From Eledone cirrhosa (Eukaryota), in the NCBI GenBank assembly GCA_964016885.1, contig OZ024757.1, forward strand, positions 36,890,001 to 36,954,000: a stretch of 64,000 bases of DNA, given 5' to 3'. The notes beneath the pieces were generated by a model. That model saw only the letters and a program-made list of their open reading frames with translations, did not search any database and was not told the origin of the DNA. The translations under genes and the position numbers were made by a program. Below, piece after piece: positions 45,269 through 58,606 of this stretch (position 1 is its first letter; each line of letters opens with the position of its first letter).

Positions 45269-47516
45269 GACTAGGAGTATAACAACAAAAAAAAAAATCT
45301 CTATTGGATGGTTGCTGACTCTCCTGAGTTCCTCCACCCATTTACGGGTCTTGGTTTTGATCCCGCAGGGTGTCCAAAATCACCCACCTCACCAAGCAAG
45401 GTTGGTGTGATTGCTGGTTTAGTCACCGACGTCCCAACCATTTTGTTTTCATTTGTGGAATGTGAGGCTCCTAGTCTTCATTAAGAGATCTCTCTAGAAG
45501 GTGACTCTGATATAAAACCTGCGCCTTTTGTGCATCCAATAATGTAGATCAGTTTTTCTTTTTGGGTAAATGCATTCGATGTTCAGAGAGTGGGATTGGC
45601 TCTGTGCAAAGCCTTTCCTCACTTAAAAAAGCTTCAAGCACAGGCATCGCTTGATATGTGACATTTTTTGCGATGCATAGTATTGCTGGCCATAGGCAAG
45701 TCCTTAGCAGGACTAAAAGGCCACGTCCCTGATGCTCATGCTTAAGTATCAAGTGATGGCATTACTCAAAATTGAGTTGCAGCCCTCATATACATGTGTG
45801 TATATTTATATATATATATGTGTGTGTGTGTGTATCTATATATATATGGAGGCACATGGCTTAGTGGTTAGAGCATTGGCCTTGCAATCGAAAGGTTGTG
45901 AGTTCAATTCTCAGACCGGGTGATGTGTTGTTTCCTTGAGCAAGACACTTTATTCCACATTGCTCCAGTTTACTCAGCTGTAGAAATGAGATGATAGGGA
46001 CTGGGGTCCATATCATTCCACTGTAAAGTGGACATGTAGGCGCCACGGAAAAAAAGCACCCAGCACTCACTGTAAATGAGGTTGGTGTTAGGAAGGGCAT
46101 CCAGCTGTAGAAATCAAGCCAGAATCAGTTCCCGTCCCACCCTTGCAAGCAGGGAAAAGCGGACGTAAAATGAAATGAATGAAAAAGATATATATATATA
46201 AGAAAATGAAGGTTTTTTTAAAATGTCCCAAACAGGTAAAAATATAAGGAAAAGAAATTGTAAATGCAACAGGAATCTTTTAAGAATATTTATTTACTCT
46301 ACTGGTTTCACAGTTCTTATGATTTTCAAAAGTAAAATTGAGATGGAGGGTTTGTGTTTCTGTTGTGGTTTGTCTCGCATATATATGTGGGGGTTTAATC
46401 CTGCAATGGACTGGCAACCTGCCCCAGAGGGAGTCTTGTACTCTCAGTCGCTTCATGCCATGAAACTGGGATAAGTACTGGCCTATTGAGCCCTTGGCTT
46501 AAGACAGACTTTATACTTAGACGAATATTAGAAAGCCTGTCATGTCTTTGACACAGCTAAAGAACCCCCCCCCCCATCAATTCATTGTTTGGCAAAAATC
46601 TTCCTTGGTCTTCCTCTACTGCAGCTTCCCTCCAATGCTATCTCTTGGCAATTCTTCATTCAACACCTAATATACTAATTCTCTATTAAATTCCATTAAC
46701 CTGTTGATGGCTGCGTATATTTTACACAGCTACAGTTGCTGTGCTAGGTTTTTTCCCCAGTAAAATGACTATTTTGATTGACATCAATAAACTAGTAACC
46801 CCATCTAGCTTTGAAGTTATGAACTGTTGGAAAGGAGTTCATAACTTTGAAGTTATGAACTGTTGGAAAGGAGTTCATACATGTTAGGACAAGTTATCTC
46901 GGCTACAGCACTGAAGAGGTTAAAGAGTTCATTATCTCATGTAACCCCCAGATATATTTTGGTAGAGCTCATTATGGAGAGCATTGTGTGCCTCCAATTC
47001 CTCTATTGATTTGCTGTGTGAGAGAGTGAGTCGGGCAGGGGTCAGAAATAGGGGATGATGGGGGAGGGGGGCGTAATGTGTGTACTTTTGTCATCAAAGG
47101 AATCTGAGTATATAGATATAGACTCTCCATTATATATACCCTCCCATAACACACACAGACACAAACACAGACACACACAAACACAGAGACATAGATATAG
47201 ACACAGATATAGACACACAGAGACACACACAAACACAGACCCCCCCCCCCACACACACACAAACAAACACACAGACACACAACTAGCTACAGCATGTGTT
47301 TTCTCCTTGTTTCTCTTTCTGAGTTTTTCTGTTTTTTAAATCTCCTCTGACTCCTTTTTTCTCCTTCTGACGAAGGACTAGCATCTAAAACGTTGAGACC
47401 CTTTTCCACCTCAATCAAGTGTTGTATTAATTTTTGCTATTCTCCTCTGACTCCTTTTTTCTTCTCTCTCAAACATACTCACTTCTGGTTTCTGTCTTCT
47501 GATGTGCAGTTTATTG

Positions 47517-48050
47517 TGGCACCAACACTACCATATTACAGAGTGTACTGGGTGCTTTTTATCATGACACCAACACTACCATATTACAGAGTGTACTGGG
47601 TGCTTTTTATCATGACACCAACACTACCATATTACAGAGTGTACTGGGTGCTTTTTATCATGACACCAACACTACCATATTACAGAGTGTACTGGGTGCT
47701 TTTTATCATGACACCAACACTACCATATTACAGAGTGTACTGAGTGCTTTTTATCATGACACCAACATTACCATATTATAGAGTGTACTGGGTGCTTTTT
47801 ATCATGACACCAACACTACCATATTACAGAGTGTACTGGGTACATTTTATCATGACACCAACATTACATTACAGAGTGTACTGGGTGCCTTTTATCATGA
47901 CACCAACACTACCATATTACAGAGTGTACTGGGTGCCTTTTATCATGGCACAAACACTACCACTTAACAGAGTGAACTGGGTACATTTTATCATGACACC
48001 AATATTACATTACAGAGTGTACTGGGTGCATTTTATCATGGCACCAACAC
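47517..48050. repeat. 48-bp minisatellite, about 11 copies
   Basis: Unit caccaacactaccatattacagagtgtactgggtgctttttatcatga. Confidence 0.92.
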
Positions 48051-48571
48051 TAGAGAGGCTGTCATAGCTTTGATATAACTTAAGGGTCCTCTCTAGACAT
48101 ATTCATGTGCACATATGTTTGGAAAACCTACGTTATTGCATGTTCCTGCAAACACCTGCACATGTATGCACATACAAATAAACAAGCATACAGGTAATCA
48201 TATGTTCCTGAAAACTGGTGCACATGAATGCACGTGGCAATACTCACATCCTTAGAAATGTGCATAAACATGAAATACACATATACTGACAAATAGACAT
48301 GCACACACGCAAACACCAGCATATGTATGGAAATTCACATGCAACATATACATAAACACTATTAATACATACACATGCTTACACATTACTAATAGATACA
48401 CAAACACATGCATATGCATTACTGATACATGCACACACACACATGCATATTACTAATATATACACACTACTAATATATACACACTAATATAAACACATTA
48501 CTAATGTATACACGCTGCTAATACCCACCCACTAGTAATATACATACACCACAAATATACATACACTACCA

Positions 48572-48602
<31 letters not shown>

Positions 48603-49422
48603 CATATGTGTGTGTACATATGTGAGTGTATATATATATATATATATATGTGTATATATATATGTGTGTGTATATATATATGTATGTATGGGGAGATATA
48701 TGTATGGGTGTATATATGTATGTATGGGTGTATATATGTATGTATGGGTGTATGTATGTGTATATATATATATAGGTACGTATGTGTATATATATATATA
48801 TAGGTACGTATGTGTATATATATATATAGGTACGTATGTGTATATATATATATAGGTACGTATGTGTATATATATATATAGGTACGTATGTGTATATATA
48901 TATATATAGGTACGTATGTGTATATATATATATAGGTACGTATGTGTATATATATATATAGGTACGTATGTGTATATATATATATATATAGGTACGTATG
49001 TGTATATATATATACGTACGTATGTGTATATATATATATGTATGTGTATATATATATATGTATCTGTATATATATATGTATGTGTATATATATATATATA
49101 TGTATCTGTATATATATATGTATGTGTATATATATATATATATGTATGTGTATATATATATATATATGTATGTGTATATATATATATGTGTGTATATATA
49201 TATATATATATGTGTGTATATATATATATATGTGTGTGTATATATATATATATGTGTGTGTGTGTATATATATATATATATGTATGTTTGTGTATATATA
49301 TGTGTATATATATATATGTGTGTGTATATATATATATATATGTGTGTTTATATATGTATGTTTGTGTATATATATGTGTATATATATGTATGCGTATATA
49401 TATGTGTATATATATGTATGCG

Positions 49423-49455
<33 letters not shown>

Positions 49456-49564
49456 ATATATATGTGTGTGTGTGTATATATATGTGTGTGTGTGTGTGTA
49501 TATATATGTGTGTGTGTGTATATATATGTGTGTGTGTGTATATATATGTGTGTGTGTGTGTGTG

Positions 49565-49604
<40 letters not shown>

Positions 49605-49618
49605 TGTGTGTGTGTGTG

Positions 49619-49691
<73 letters not shown>

Positions 49692-50251
49692 GTGTATATA
49701 TATATATATACACACCATACCAAGCAGGCTGTCTTATGTGAAAGTCAGTGACTACGACTTATGTAAAATATATAACATGAGATGCTGGGAAGATCTGTGA
49801 TGAGATGGGAAATCAATTGTCATAGCATGTATGGTAGTGTGTATGTTAGTATATGTGTTAGAGTGTGTAGGTTAGTTAGTCTGTGTGTGTTTGTATGTAG
49901 GTTAGTGTATGTGTTTGTGTGTGTCTCTGTGTGTGTGTGTGTGTATACACAGACATATATATGTATGTGTATATATATACACACACACACATATATATAT
50001 ATATATGTAAACACACATATAGTAAAGTTTGTACTGGCATACTCAAATGTATGTGTGTATTTATGTATGTGTCTGCATATCACACAAACACACACTATCA
50101 CACATACACAAACGCACACACACAAATGTAATGAAGTTAGCAGTGGTGTACTTTGATAGGGGGAGGGGGGCATGTTAATTAATTAAAATTACACACATAA
50201 TGAAAAGAGGGGAAAAAAAATCATTATTTTAATAGATATTTCTGATCTAGA

Positions 50252-50291
<40 letters not shown>

Positions 50292-50660
50292 TTGTGCATA
50301 TGTGTGTGTGTTTGTGCATATGTGTGTGTTTGTGCATATATATGTGTGTGTTTGTGCATATATGTGTGTGTTTGTGCATATGTGTGTATGTGTGTGTGTT
50401 TGAGCATATATATGTGACTGTGTTTATGTGCAGGTGTGTGCGTATGTGTGCGTGTGTTTGTGAAGGTGTTTGTGTGTGTGTGCAGGTGTGTGTATGTGTT
50501 TCTGTGTATATTTCTGTGTATGTTTGTGTGTGTGTTTGTGTGAATGTTTTTGGGTGTGTGTCTGTCTGCGAGTCTGTGTGTTTATATCTGTAAGTGTGTA
50601 TATATATATATATGTATATGTGTGTGAATATATGTATATATATATATATATATATATGTC

Positions 50661-50715
<55 letters not shown>

Positions 50716-51821
50716 ATGTGTGTGTGTGTGTGATAGTATGTTAGTAATTAAACACTAGTAAGAACACTATTCTACACGAGACATTCTACACATCACATGA
50801 AAGTGTTTTAGTGTTACTATCTATCAGTGATCAATAAAGATCATAACTTTGTGTTGATTGATTGGGTTTTGGTTGTCTGTAGATGTCGTCTTGGTGGTGA
50901 GGCTGGTTCTGGTACAGAAATAACACACCACATGTATAGCTACATGTGGTCTGTGGTTTTACTCTTGAGGTACCACATGAATGGCTACATGTGGTCTGTG
51001 GCTTTAGCTGAGGTACCACATAGAGAGCTACATGTGGTCTGTGACTTTACTTGATGTGCTACATAGATGGCTACATCTGGTCTGTCAGAAGTGGTCCCTT
51101 TCCTTACAAACTGCATGGCCAGTGATATCAGAAGTGGTCCCTCTCCTTCCCAACCCCATGGCCAGTGATGTCAGAATGGTGACCCCTTTCCTTGCCGACC
51201 ACATGACCAGCTAGTCATGTTGGACTGGTCCCTCTCCTTAATCCTCTCTATAGCCAGTCATGTCAGAAGAGAGGCCCTGTCACTTTATTTGTTGCGGGGG
51301 GGGGGGGGGGGGGTGTTCTTTTTGGGGTTTGGTAAATTTGTAGACATTCCCTTCTAACAGGAGGGAGTAGGCCCGTCTGATAGTGCCCAGCCCAGCCCAC
51401 TCCACCCCACCTCTCCTCTGTCTGTCTCTCCCTCACCCCACCCCCATATCTCTGTTCTGGCCTTGGGCTGTCTGGCTGTCTGTCTGCCTAATTATTTAAT
51501 GACTAAAGATGACATTAACACAACAGAGATTATCTCACCTGTTCTGGCAGGATTTAACACACCTGGCTGTTAGAAGGTCTGGTAAAAAATCAGGTTGTAT
51601 TAGGAAGAGGAAGGAGGGGGACAGGGTAGGGCGGGGCTGGGAGTATTAGCAGTGGTGGTGGTGTCTGGATTAATGAAGTGAAATCAAATATTTTGGCTGT
51701 CGTTATTTTTTAATTTGTTCAACATATATATATATATATATATATACCTCACATATGTATAAAAGCTTGTGGATATATATATATATATATATACCTCACA
51801 TATGTATACAAGCATGTGGAC

Positions 51822-51852
<31 letters not shown>

Positions 51853-51984
51853 TAAATATTGTTATACTTGAGGAGGGTCATATTGTTATAATATTGCCAG
51901 AAATACTAACAGAACACACTCACTGTTTGGTTTGGGTTGGTTTTTGCTTCTGTATCTTTTATATCTCCATATAAAAGATACAGA

Positions 51985-52016
<32 letters not shown>

Positions 52017-52334
52017 ACATGCTTGTATACGTATGTGAGGTATATCATCATCATCGTTTAACATCAATTTTTCTACGCTAGACAGGTTGTTCATACCGGG
52101 GAAACAAGTCAGGCCAGAGTTGGCAATGTGTCTGGCGATGACTGTAACTAAGGCTGGGTGCCATTCCTAACACCAACCACATCTACATATATATATGTCC
52201 ACATCTACATATATATATGTCCACATACTTGTATACATATGTGAGGTACACACATATATATATATATATATATATACCTCACATATATATATAAAATAAA
52301 TAAGTCAAATGTTTAAAATTTGGCTTCGTTTATT

Positions 52335-52391
52335 ACTGCTATATATATATTTCGGTGACAGCCATCTTTGGCTGTGACCTCTTCAGGCAGT
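52335..52391 (-). ncRNA. Minimal type-I hammerhead ribozyme motif (intact core)
   Basis: ACUGC-CUGAAGA-GGU C ACAGCCA aaga UGGCUGU C ACC-GAAA-UAUAUAU-AUA^GCAGU: all core nucleotides, a 5-bp stem I and a G-C-closed stem II. Confidence 0.8.
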
Positions 52392-53271
52392 CTGAATTAG
52401 TGTGGTAGAGACGAGTACACATGTTGTTGAGGTGTTTAACTTTGTCAATACTCCGATATGCCCAGTTCCTGGTTGGATTGTTCTTTTACTGAGGAAATGG
52501 AATCATATACAACGAACATATACTCAAAATATATCTATATATATATATCGTGACAAGGACCGTGACAAGTGGAGAGATGCTGTGCTGAATAAGACCCGTC
52601 CCACCCTTGCAAGCTGGGAAAAGCGGACGTAAAATGATGATGATGATGATATCGACAGCCGATCGACTTTCGTCAAATTGGCCCGAGGAAACAATGTTTC
52701 CATTGGTCTTTCCAATTGCTAATACTCTCTATTGGTCGCAACTCCAGGTAGACAATAAAGTGTCTTGCTCAAGGACATAACGCATTGCCTGGTCCAGGAA
52801 TCAACCACGCGATTGCGAATCCAATTCTCTTACCACTCAATCACATGCCTTCATATATATATATATATGTGTGTGTGTGCCCACATGCTTGTATGCATAT
52901 GTGGGGTGTATATATATATGTGTCCACATGGTTTTAATGGTGGCAACGCCTCTATCACTATTGATTAAAACCTCAACCCCAGCTCTTTCAAATGTCATGA
53001 GTGCATCACCACCATCATTGATACCCCCAACACCATACCACACCACCACCACCATCATTGATACCCCCAACATCACCACCACCAATACCACACCACACCA
53101 CACCACCACCACCACTGTCCTGCAGTCTATAGCTATTGTTAACCATTCATTCATGTCATCTGCATTTGGTATTTCTTATCTGAAATGTCTCAGGTAAGAG
53201 TAATCCACCTACACACACACACTCACACACACATATATATATATATAAAGATATATATATACATACATATC

Positions 53272-53309
<38 letters not shown>

Positions 53310-53362
53310 TATATATATATATATACACACACATATACATATATATATATATATACACACAG

Positions 53363-53395
<33 letters not shown>

Positions 53396-53974
53396 CACAC
53401 ACATATACATACATATATATATAATATATATATATAAAAGTAAAATGGGTTGTTTGGCAGGGTTTTATGGCTGGATGCCCTTCCTAACGCCAACCACATT
53501 TACAGTGTGGACTGGGAGCCTTTTTTACCGTGTCTCCTACACAACCAATTTACAGTGTGAACTGGATGTTCTGTGGTACCAACATATCTTCCCAGAGAAA
53601 GGGTGGGGTGGGCAAAACTAGGAGGATGGAGTAGGGGGTGTGAGGTGGGGTGTATATTGGGTTAAGAGGTGCTTACTGACTGTAGCTTTAAGTTCGTACT
53701 TAAGGGAAGGCGGGTCTTCTGTATTACTGCATAGTGCCAAAGATCTCGATCCAGTGACATTGTCGTAGAGAGGTGTAAGTGAATATATATATGCATAGGT
53801 ATGTGTGTGTGTGCATGTGTAGATATGCATGTGTATGTATAAGTATGTATGCATGGGTATGTGTATATATATATACACATGTAAGTAAGTATGTATGTAG
53901 GCAGTATTAAAGGACAAAGATTACTTAGAAATCTACTTGTGCATGAGTAATACCTTAAAAATGCTCTGATGTAT

Positions 53975-54018
<44 letters not shown>

Positions 54019-55089
54019 GTTCTGCTTTGACAAATAGTCTTTGTGTGGGCCTCTGTCTCTCTCTCCCTCTTTCTTTCTGGTGAAAATGCTTTTTCTTACA
54101 ATTAACAGATTTATTTCACAATAGCCTCCAGCTTTTTCCTTTAAGACCTAAGTATAAATCTTATATTCACATGAACCGAACCTGTGAGGGAGCACTCCTG
54201 TGAAGTTCCTAGATATGCTATAAATAACAACCAGTGAGGGGGCACTTGATATGCTATAAGTTACAGCAAAAATCAACCTCAAATCACAGCCTGATATTTC
54301 ACATTAGGGCTGGCACTACAATTAACCCCTTAGCATTTCCATAGTAAAGGCTTTTTCCTCACATAATTACCTCACATAATATTGAATCTATGAGATTTTG
54401 ATATTATTTATTTTGAGAACAATACCTTAACATCAATATGAACAGCCGGTTTGAACAGAAAGAGGTGAGAAAATTCTGGCTGGATACAGCCGGTTTAAAT
54501 GCTAAAGAGTCAAGACAGGAGAGAAATGAAGAAGCCATGTTTTGTTGGATGTGCAATGTAAATGTGAGAGAAAGGCAGAGTTTGGGTGATGATGTATATA
54601 TATATATATATATACACACACATTTACATACAAGTGTGTATCTTGGTTTTTAGAATAGGCACACCATATCGTTTTACATATATAAAACCAATGTTGCCTC
54701 AAGTGGGACAACTCCCGTCTAACCCATGCTAGCGTGGAAGATAGACGTTAAACGATGATGATGATGATGATATATGAGTCCCGGGTTCAATCTAGAAATA
54801 GCCATTGAAACGGCTTGAGCTCTGCCGTCGGGGTTATACATTTTCCTATTACCCACTCTACTAAGGTACTCAATACATTAGTAGAGTATATACAATAAAT
54901 TGAATATAGAAATGGTTTCTACAGGATTAGAACCTGTTTCATTCGAAGGAAACAGTTCTAGTCCTGTAGAAACCATTTCTATATTAAATTTGTTATTTAC
55001 AACATATATATATGTTGTGATACTACTTATACCAAACTCATCGCATGGACTAAGTGCTCTACTACTACGGATATAACCCTCCAGTGTTC

Positions 55090-55144
<55 letters not shown>

Positions 55145-55146
<2 letters not shown>

Positions 55147-55357
55147 AGGCATGTGGCTGATTAGTTAGAGAACTGGGTTCGCAATCGTGAGGTTGTGAGT
55201 TCGAATCCTGGACTGGCCGATGCGTTATGTCCTTGAGCAAGACACTTTATTTCACGTTGCTCCTTCTACCTGGAGTTGCGACTGATAGAGAGTATTAGCA
55301 ATTGGAAAGACCAATGGAAACACTGTTTCCTCGGTCTGATTTGACGAAAGTCGATCG
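55145..55357 (+). mobile_element. tRNA-headed SINE; copies at about 28815-28975 (+), 29745-29905 (-), 52655-52852 (-), 56383-56570 (+); related head at 45849-45990
   Basis: A-box-like tggctgattagttag and B-box gagttcgaatcc, followed by gtccttgagcaagacactttatttcacgttgctcc. Confidence 0.8.
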
Positions 55358-55361
55358 TTAG

Positions 55362-55392
<31 letters not shown>

Positions 55393-56195
55393 TACTTATG
55401 CAGAGAGAGAGAGAGAGACACACACATATATACATGGAGAGCTTTAGTTAAATTCAGGCTCCACAGAAACAGAGATTAGTTGTTGAAATAGACTCAATAA
55501 ACTGTTTAAAATGTTGACAGACAGAAAACAATTTGCTATGAATGTTGGGAAAACAATAGATGGAAGCAATACTGTTTGAACTGACATATTTCAACTTGGT
55601 GGTGGATATTCTTAGCTCTGAGTAAACATTGCTGTCTTAAAATATCACAAGGACAGACACCACCACCACCACCACCACCTCTGCCTTCACCATCACCACT
55701 ACCACCTATGCCACCACCATCAATGTCGCCTAAACCATCACCTCTACCACCACTGTCACCACCACCACCACCACCACCATCATCACCAACATCATCACCA
55801 CTACCTCCAAGTCCACCTCTGCCTCCACCATCACCACCACCATGTAGATTAAGAAACATGGCAGGGGACAAAAAGTGAGGAATCTATTGGGTCCACTTTA
55901 TTGATTGTTGGAAATAGGGTCCCCACTACCATCATCATCATCATCATTGTCCTCACTATTTAACATCTGTTAAATAGTGGCTTAGGTTAGACAGGCTGTC
56001 AGTTTATGAGACCATACAAGTCAGGCAACCATGTTTGACGACTCTTTTATTATATTTTTATTTGTCATGGCACCAGCGGGCACAACGCACCTTACCTTAC
56101 CTTACAGGTGGTAAATTAGACTACTAAAGTAGAAATCAATATTACATACTCTCTGCCATTTAATCTCACCTGTTGCTTCTCTCTTTACTTTTCAG

Positions 56196-56318
56196 GTCGC
56201 CATGGATGGTGGGAAGAAAGTATGGGTCCCACACCATACAGAAGGCTTCAAGTTGGGTCGCATTGTGGACATTGGTGCCGACTCTATCACAGTCGAACCA
56301 TTTGATGCTATGGGCACG
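56196..56318 (+). CDS. MYO6: Myosin VI first coding exon (ATG at 56202; 39 codons MDGGKKVWVPHHTEGFKLGRIVDIGADSITVEPFDAMGT); rest of the gene not seen in the window
   Basis: Pyrimidine-rich acceptor ...ctctttacttttcag|, Kozak-like gtcgccATGG and phase-0 donor ACG|gtaagt. The peptide matches the myosin VI N-terminus as I recall it (human [33 protein letters not shown]). Confidence 0.92.
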
Positions 56319-56883
56319 GTAAGTTTTAAAAAAAATAGCATTTTTGTCTTTATCAATTTGTTTTATATATATATATATAATGAAAGGCGTGTGGCTGAGT
56401 TGGGTTGTGAGTTAGATTTCCGGACTGGGCGATGTGTTATGTCCTTGGGCAAGACATTTTATTTCACGTTGCTCCTTCTACCTGGAGTTGCGACCGAATG
56501 ATAGTATTAGCAATTGGAAAGACCAATGGAAACATTGTTTCCTCTGTCCGATTTGACGTAAATCTATCGTTCCTTTATATATAATGTGTGAAATTGCATA
56601 CCAGAAGGTGGCTGAAGAGATAGAGATGCAATTGTCTGTTTGCATTTTCCAACCATAATTGCCTCGGAAACCTTTTACTCAATTTTACTATCTGAAGAAA
56701 TCACAATATCTATCATCATAAAAATATGTATAACGGCTTCATTAATAAAAGACTCTAACATCTACAACTTCACATTTTCCTATATATATATATATATATA
56801 TATAGTTATGTAATAAACAACATGAGATAATTATTTCATTTACCAGTGGTTTCTTGAAGACAGATATTTATGTCTGTCTTCAT

Positions 56884-56954
56884 ATTATTCTTTCTGACGA
56901 CTGAAGACAGACATAAATATCTGTCTTCAAGAAACCACTGGTAAATGAAATAAT
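56884..56954 (+). ncRNA. Hammerhead ribozyme motif (family A) in the myosin VI intron
   Basis: AUUAUUCUUU-CUGACGA-C UGAAGACAGA..UCUGUCUUCA A-GAAA-CCacuG-GUA^AAUGAAAUAAU; the closing pair of stem II is mismatched. Confidence 0.6.
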
Positions 56955-57559
56955 TATCTCATGTTGTTTATTACATAACTAAAAAGCTCTGTAGCCTACA
57001 TAGAGCACTCTCTTTTCCTTTACCTTTCCTACGGAAATACTTCATTTATATATATATACAGATATAAATATATATATATATATATATAAATATTACATAT
57101 TACATTCTGAGTTCAAATTCCGCAAAGGTTAGCTTTGCTTTTCATCCTTACGAGGTTGATAAAATAAAGTACCAGTAATGCACTGGGGTCAATTTAATTG
57201 ACTTACCCCTCCCCCAAAATTGCTGGCCTTGTGCCTTAATCAGAAATCATTATCATTATTATGAGTAGTAGTCGATAAAATAAAGTACCAGTAATACACT
57301 GGGTAATTGCTGGCCTTGTGCCAAAAGTAGAGACAATTATTATGAGTAGTAGTGGATTGGCAATATCAGTAGAAAGTGGGACAAGTTTAGGTCCTTTATG
57401 ATCCCGCCAAGGTAAACTTTGCCTTTCATCCTTATGGGGTTGATAAAATAAAGTACCAGTAATGCACTGAGGTCGATTTAATCGACTTTCCCTTTCCCCA
57501 AAATTGCTGGCCTTGTGCCTGTATAAAGAAACCATTATTATTATTATTATTATTATTAT

Positions 57560-57594
<35 letters not shown>

Positions 57595-58113
57595 TGTTTC
57601 TTTCTGTTGGCCAAGCCACATACATTCCAACTACCTCAATTTGCGTCACTGCCATATACAATAAAAACTAGTTCCACCACACCCAACTTTGTGGTGATGG
57701 CAGTAGTAGTAGTGGTAGTAATAGTAGTAGTAGTAGTAGTGGTAGTAGCAAAAGTCATGATCCAGTTATAAAAATATATTGTAAAGAATCAGTTGCTTTG
57801 ACTGCAGTAAAGATCCCATTCAAGAAGACTTTGATCATAAGTTTGTCAGTTTAACCAAGGCCAAGCTGGAGCAAAACCATAAAAAAAACATTTCTACTAT
57901 AGGCACAAGGCCAGCAATTTTTGAAAGGAAAGGGAATGTCGATTAAATTGACCCCCGTAAAGATGAAAGGCAAAGTTAACCTTGGCGGGATTTGAACTCA
58001 GACCGGAAAGGGCCGTTACTCTATGCCACAAAGCATAGTGTCAGACGCTCTACCAATTCTACTGCCAATCTCAAAAGCAGTAATCTTTAATATTTATGTG
58101 CTGACTTCTAAAG

Positions 58114-58606
58114 CGGCAGTTGTCAACCTTTCAGATCTCACGGACCACTAGATTCATCATCATCATTTTACGTCCGCTTTTCCCTGCTTGCAAGGTTGGG
58201 ACGGGTCCTATTCAGCACAGCATCTCTCCACTTGTCACGGTTCTTCGTCATCTCCTCCGTGAGTTTCAGTAATCTGAGGTCTGCTCTCACCACCTCCGCC
58301 CATGTTTTTCGTGGTCTACCTCTACTGTGTCTTCCTTCTACTGGGATTTCTTGGCACTTCTTCACCCAGCGGTCATCCTCCATGCACTTCACATGTCCAT
58401 ACCATCTCAGTCTTCTCTCCTTCATATAATTTAAAATCCCACGGACCACTTTCAGATCTCACGGACCACTAAGTTCATAATTTTAAATCCCATGGACCAC
58501 TAAAAAGAATTTTTTAAAAAACATAAATACATTAAAATTTTTCTGCAGACCACCAACATTTTCTCTGACCACCAGTGGTCTGAGGACCACCAGTTGGCAA
58601 CCATTG
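58114..58606. mobile_element. hAT (Charlie-like) MITE hosting the RTE fragment
   Basis: Degenerate TIRs CGGCAGTTGTCAAC / GTTGGCAACCATTG, near-identical 8-bp flanks TTCTAAAG / TTCTAAAT, and internal GGACCAC repeats. Confidence 0.65.
58155..58425 (-). mobile_element. RTE-type LINE 3' fragment with (ATG)n tail
   Basis: KERRLRWYGHVKCMEDDRWVKKC...GRHSRGRPRKTWAEVVRADL...RDKWR, ending aaaatgatgatgatg. Confidence 0.85.

Noticed and set aside
55145-55220. tRNA-like sequence (also 45849-45920)
   Set aside because: It has A/B boxes but no complete cloverleaf and continues into a dispersed repeat body, so it is a SINE head.
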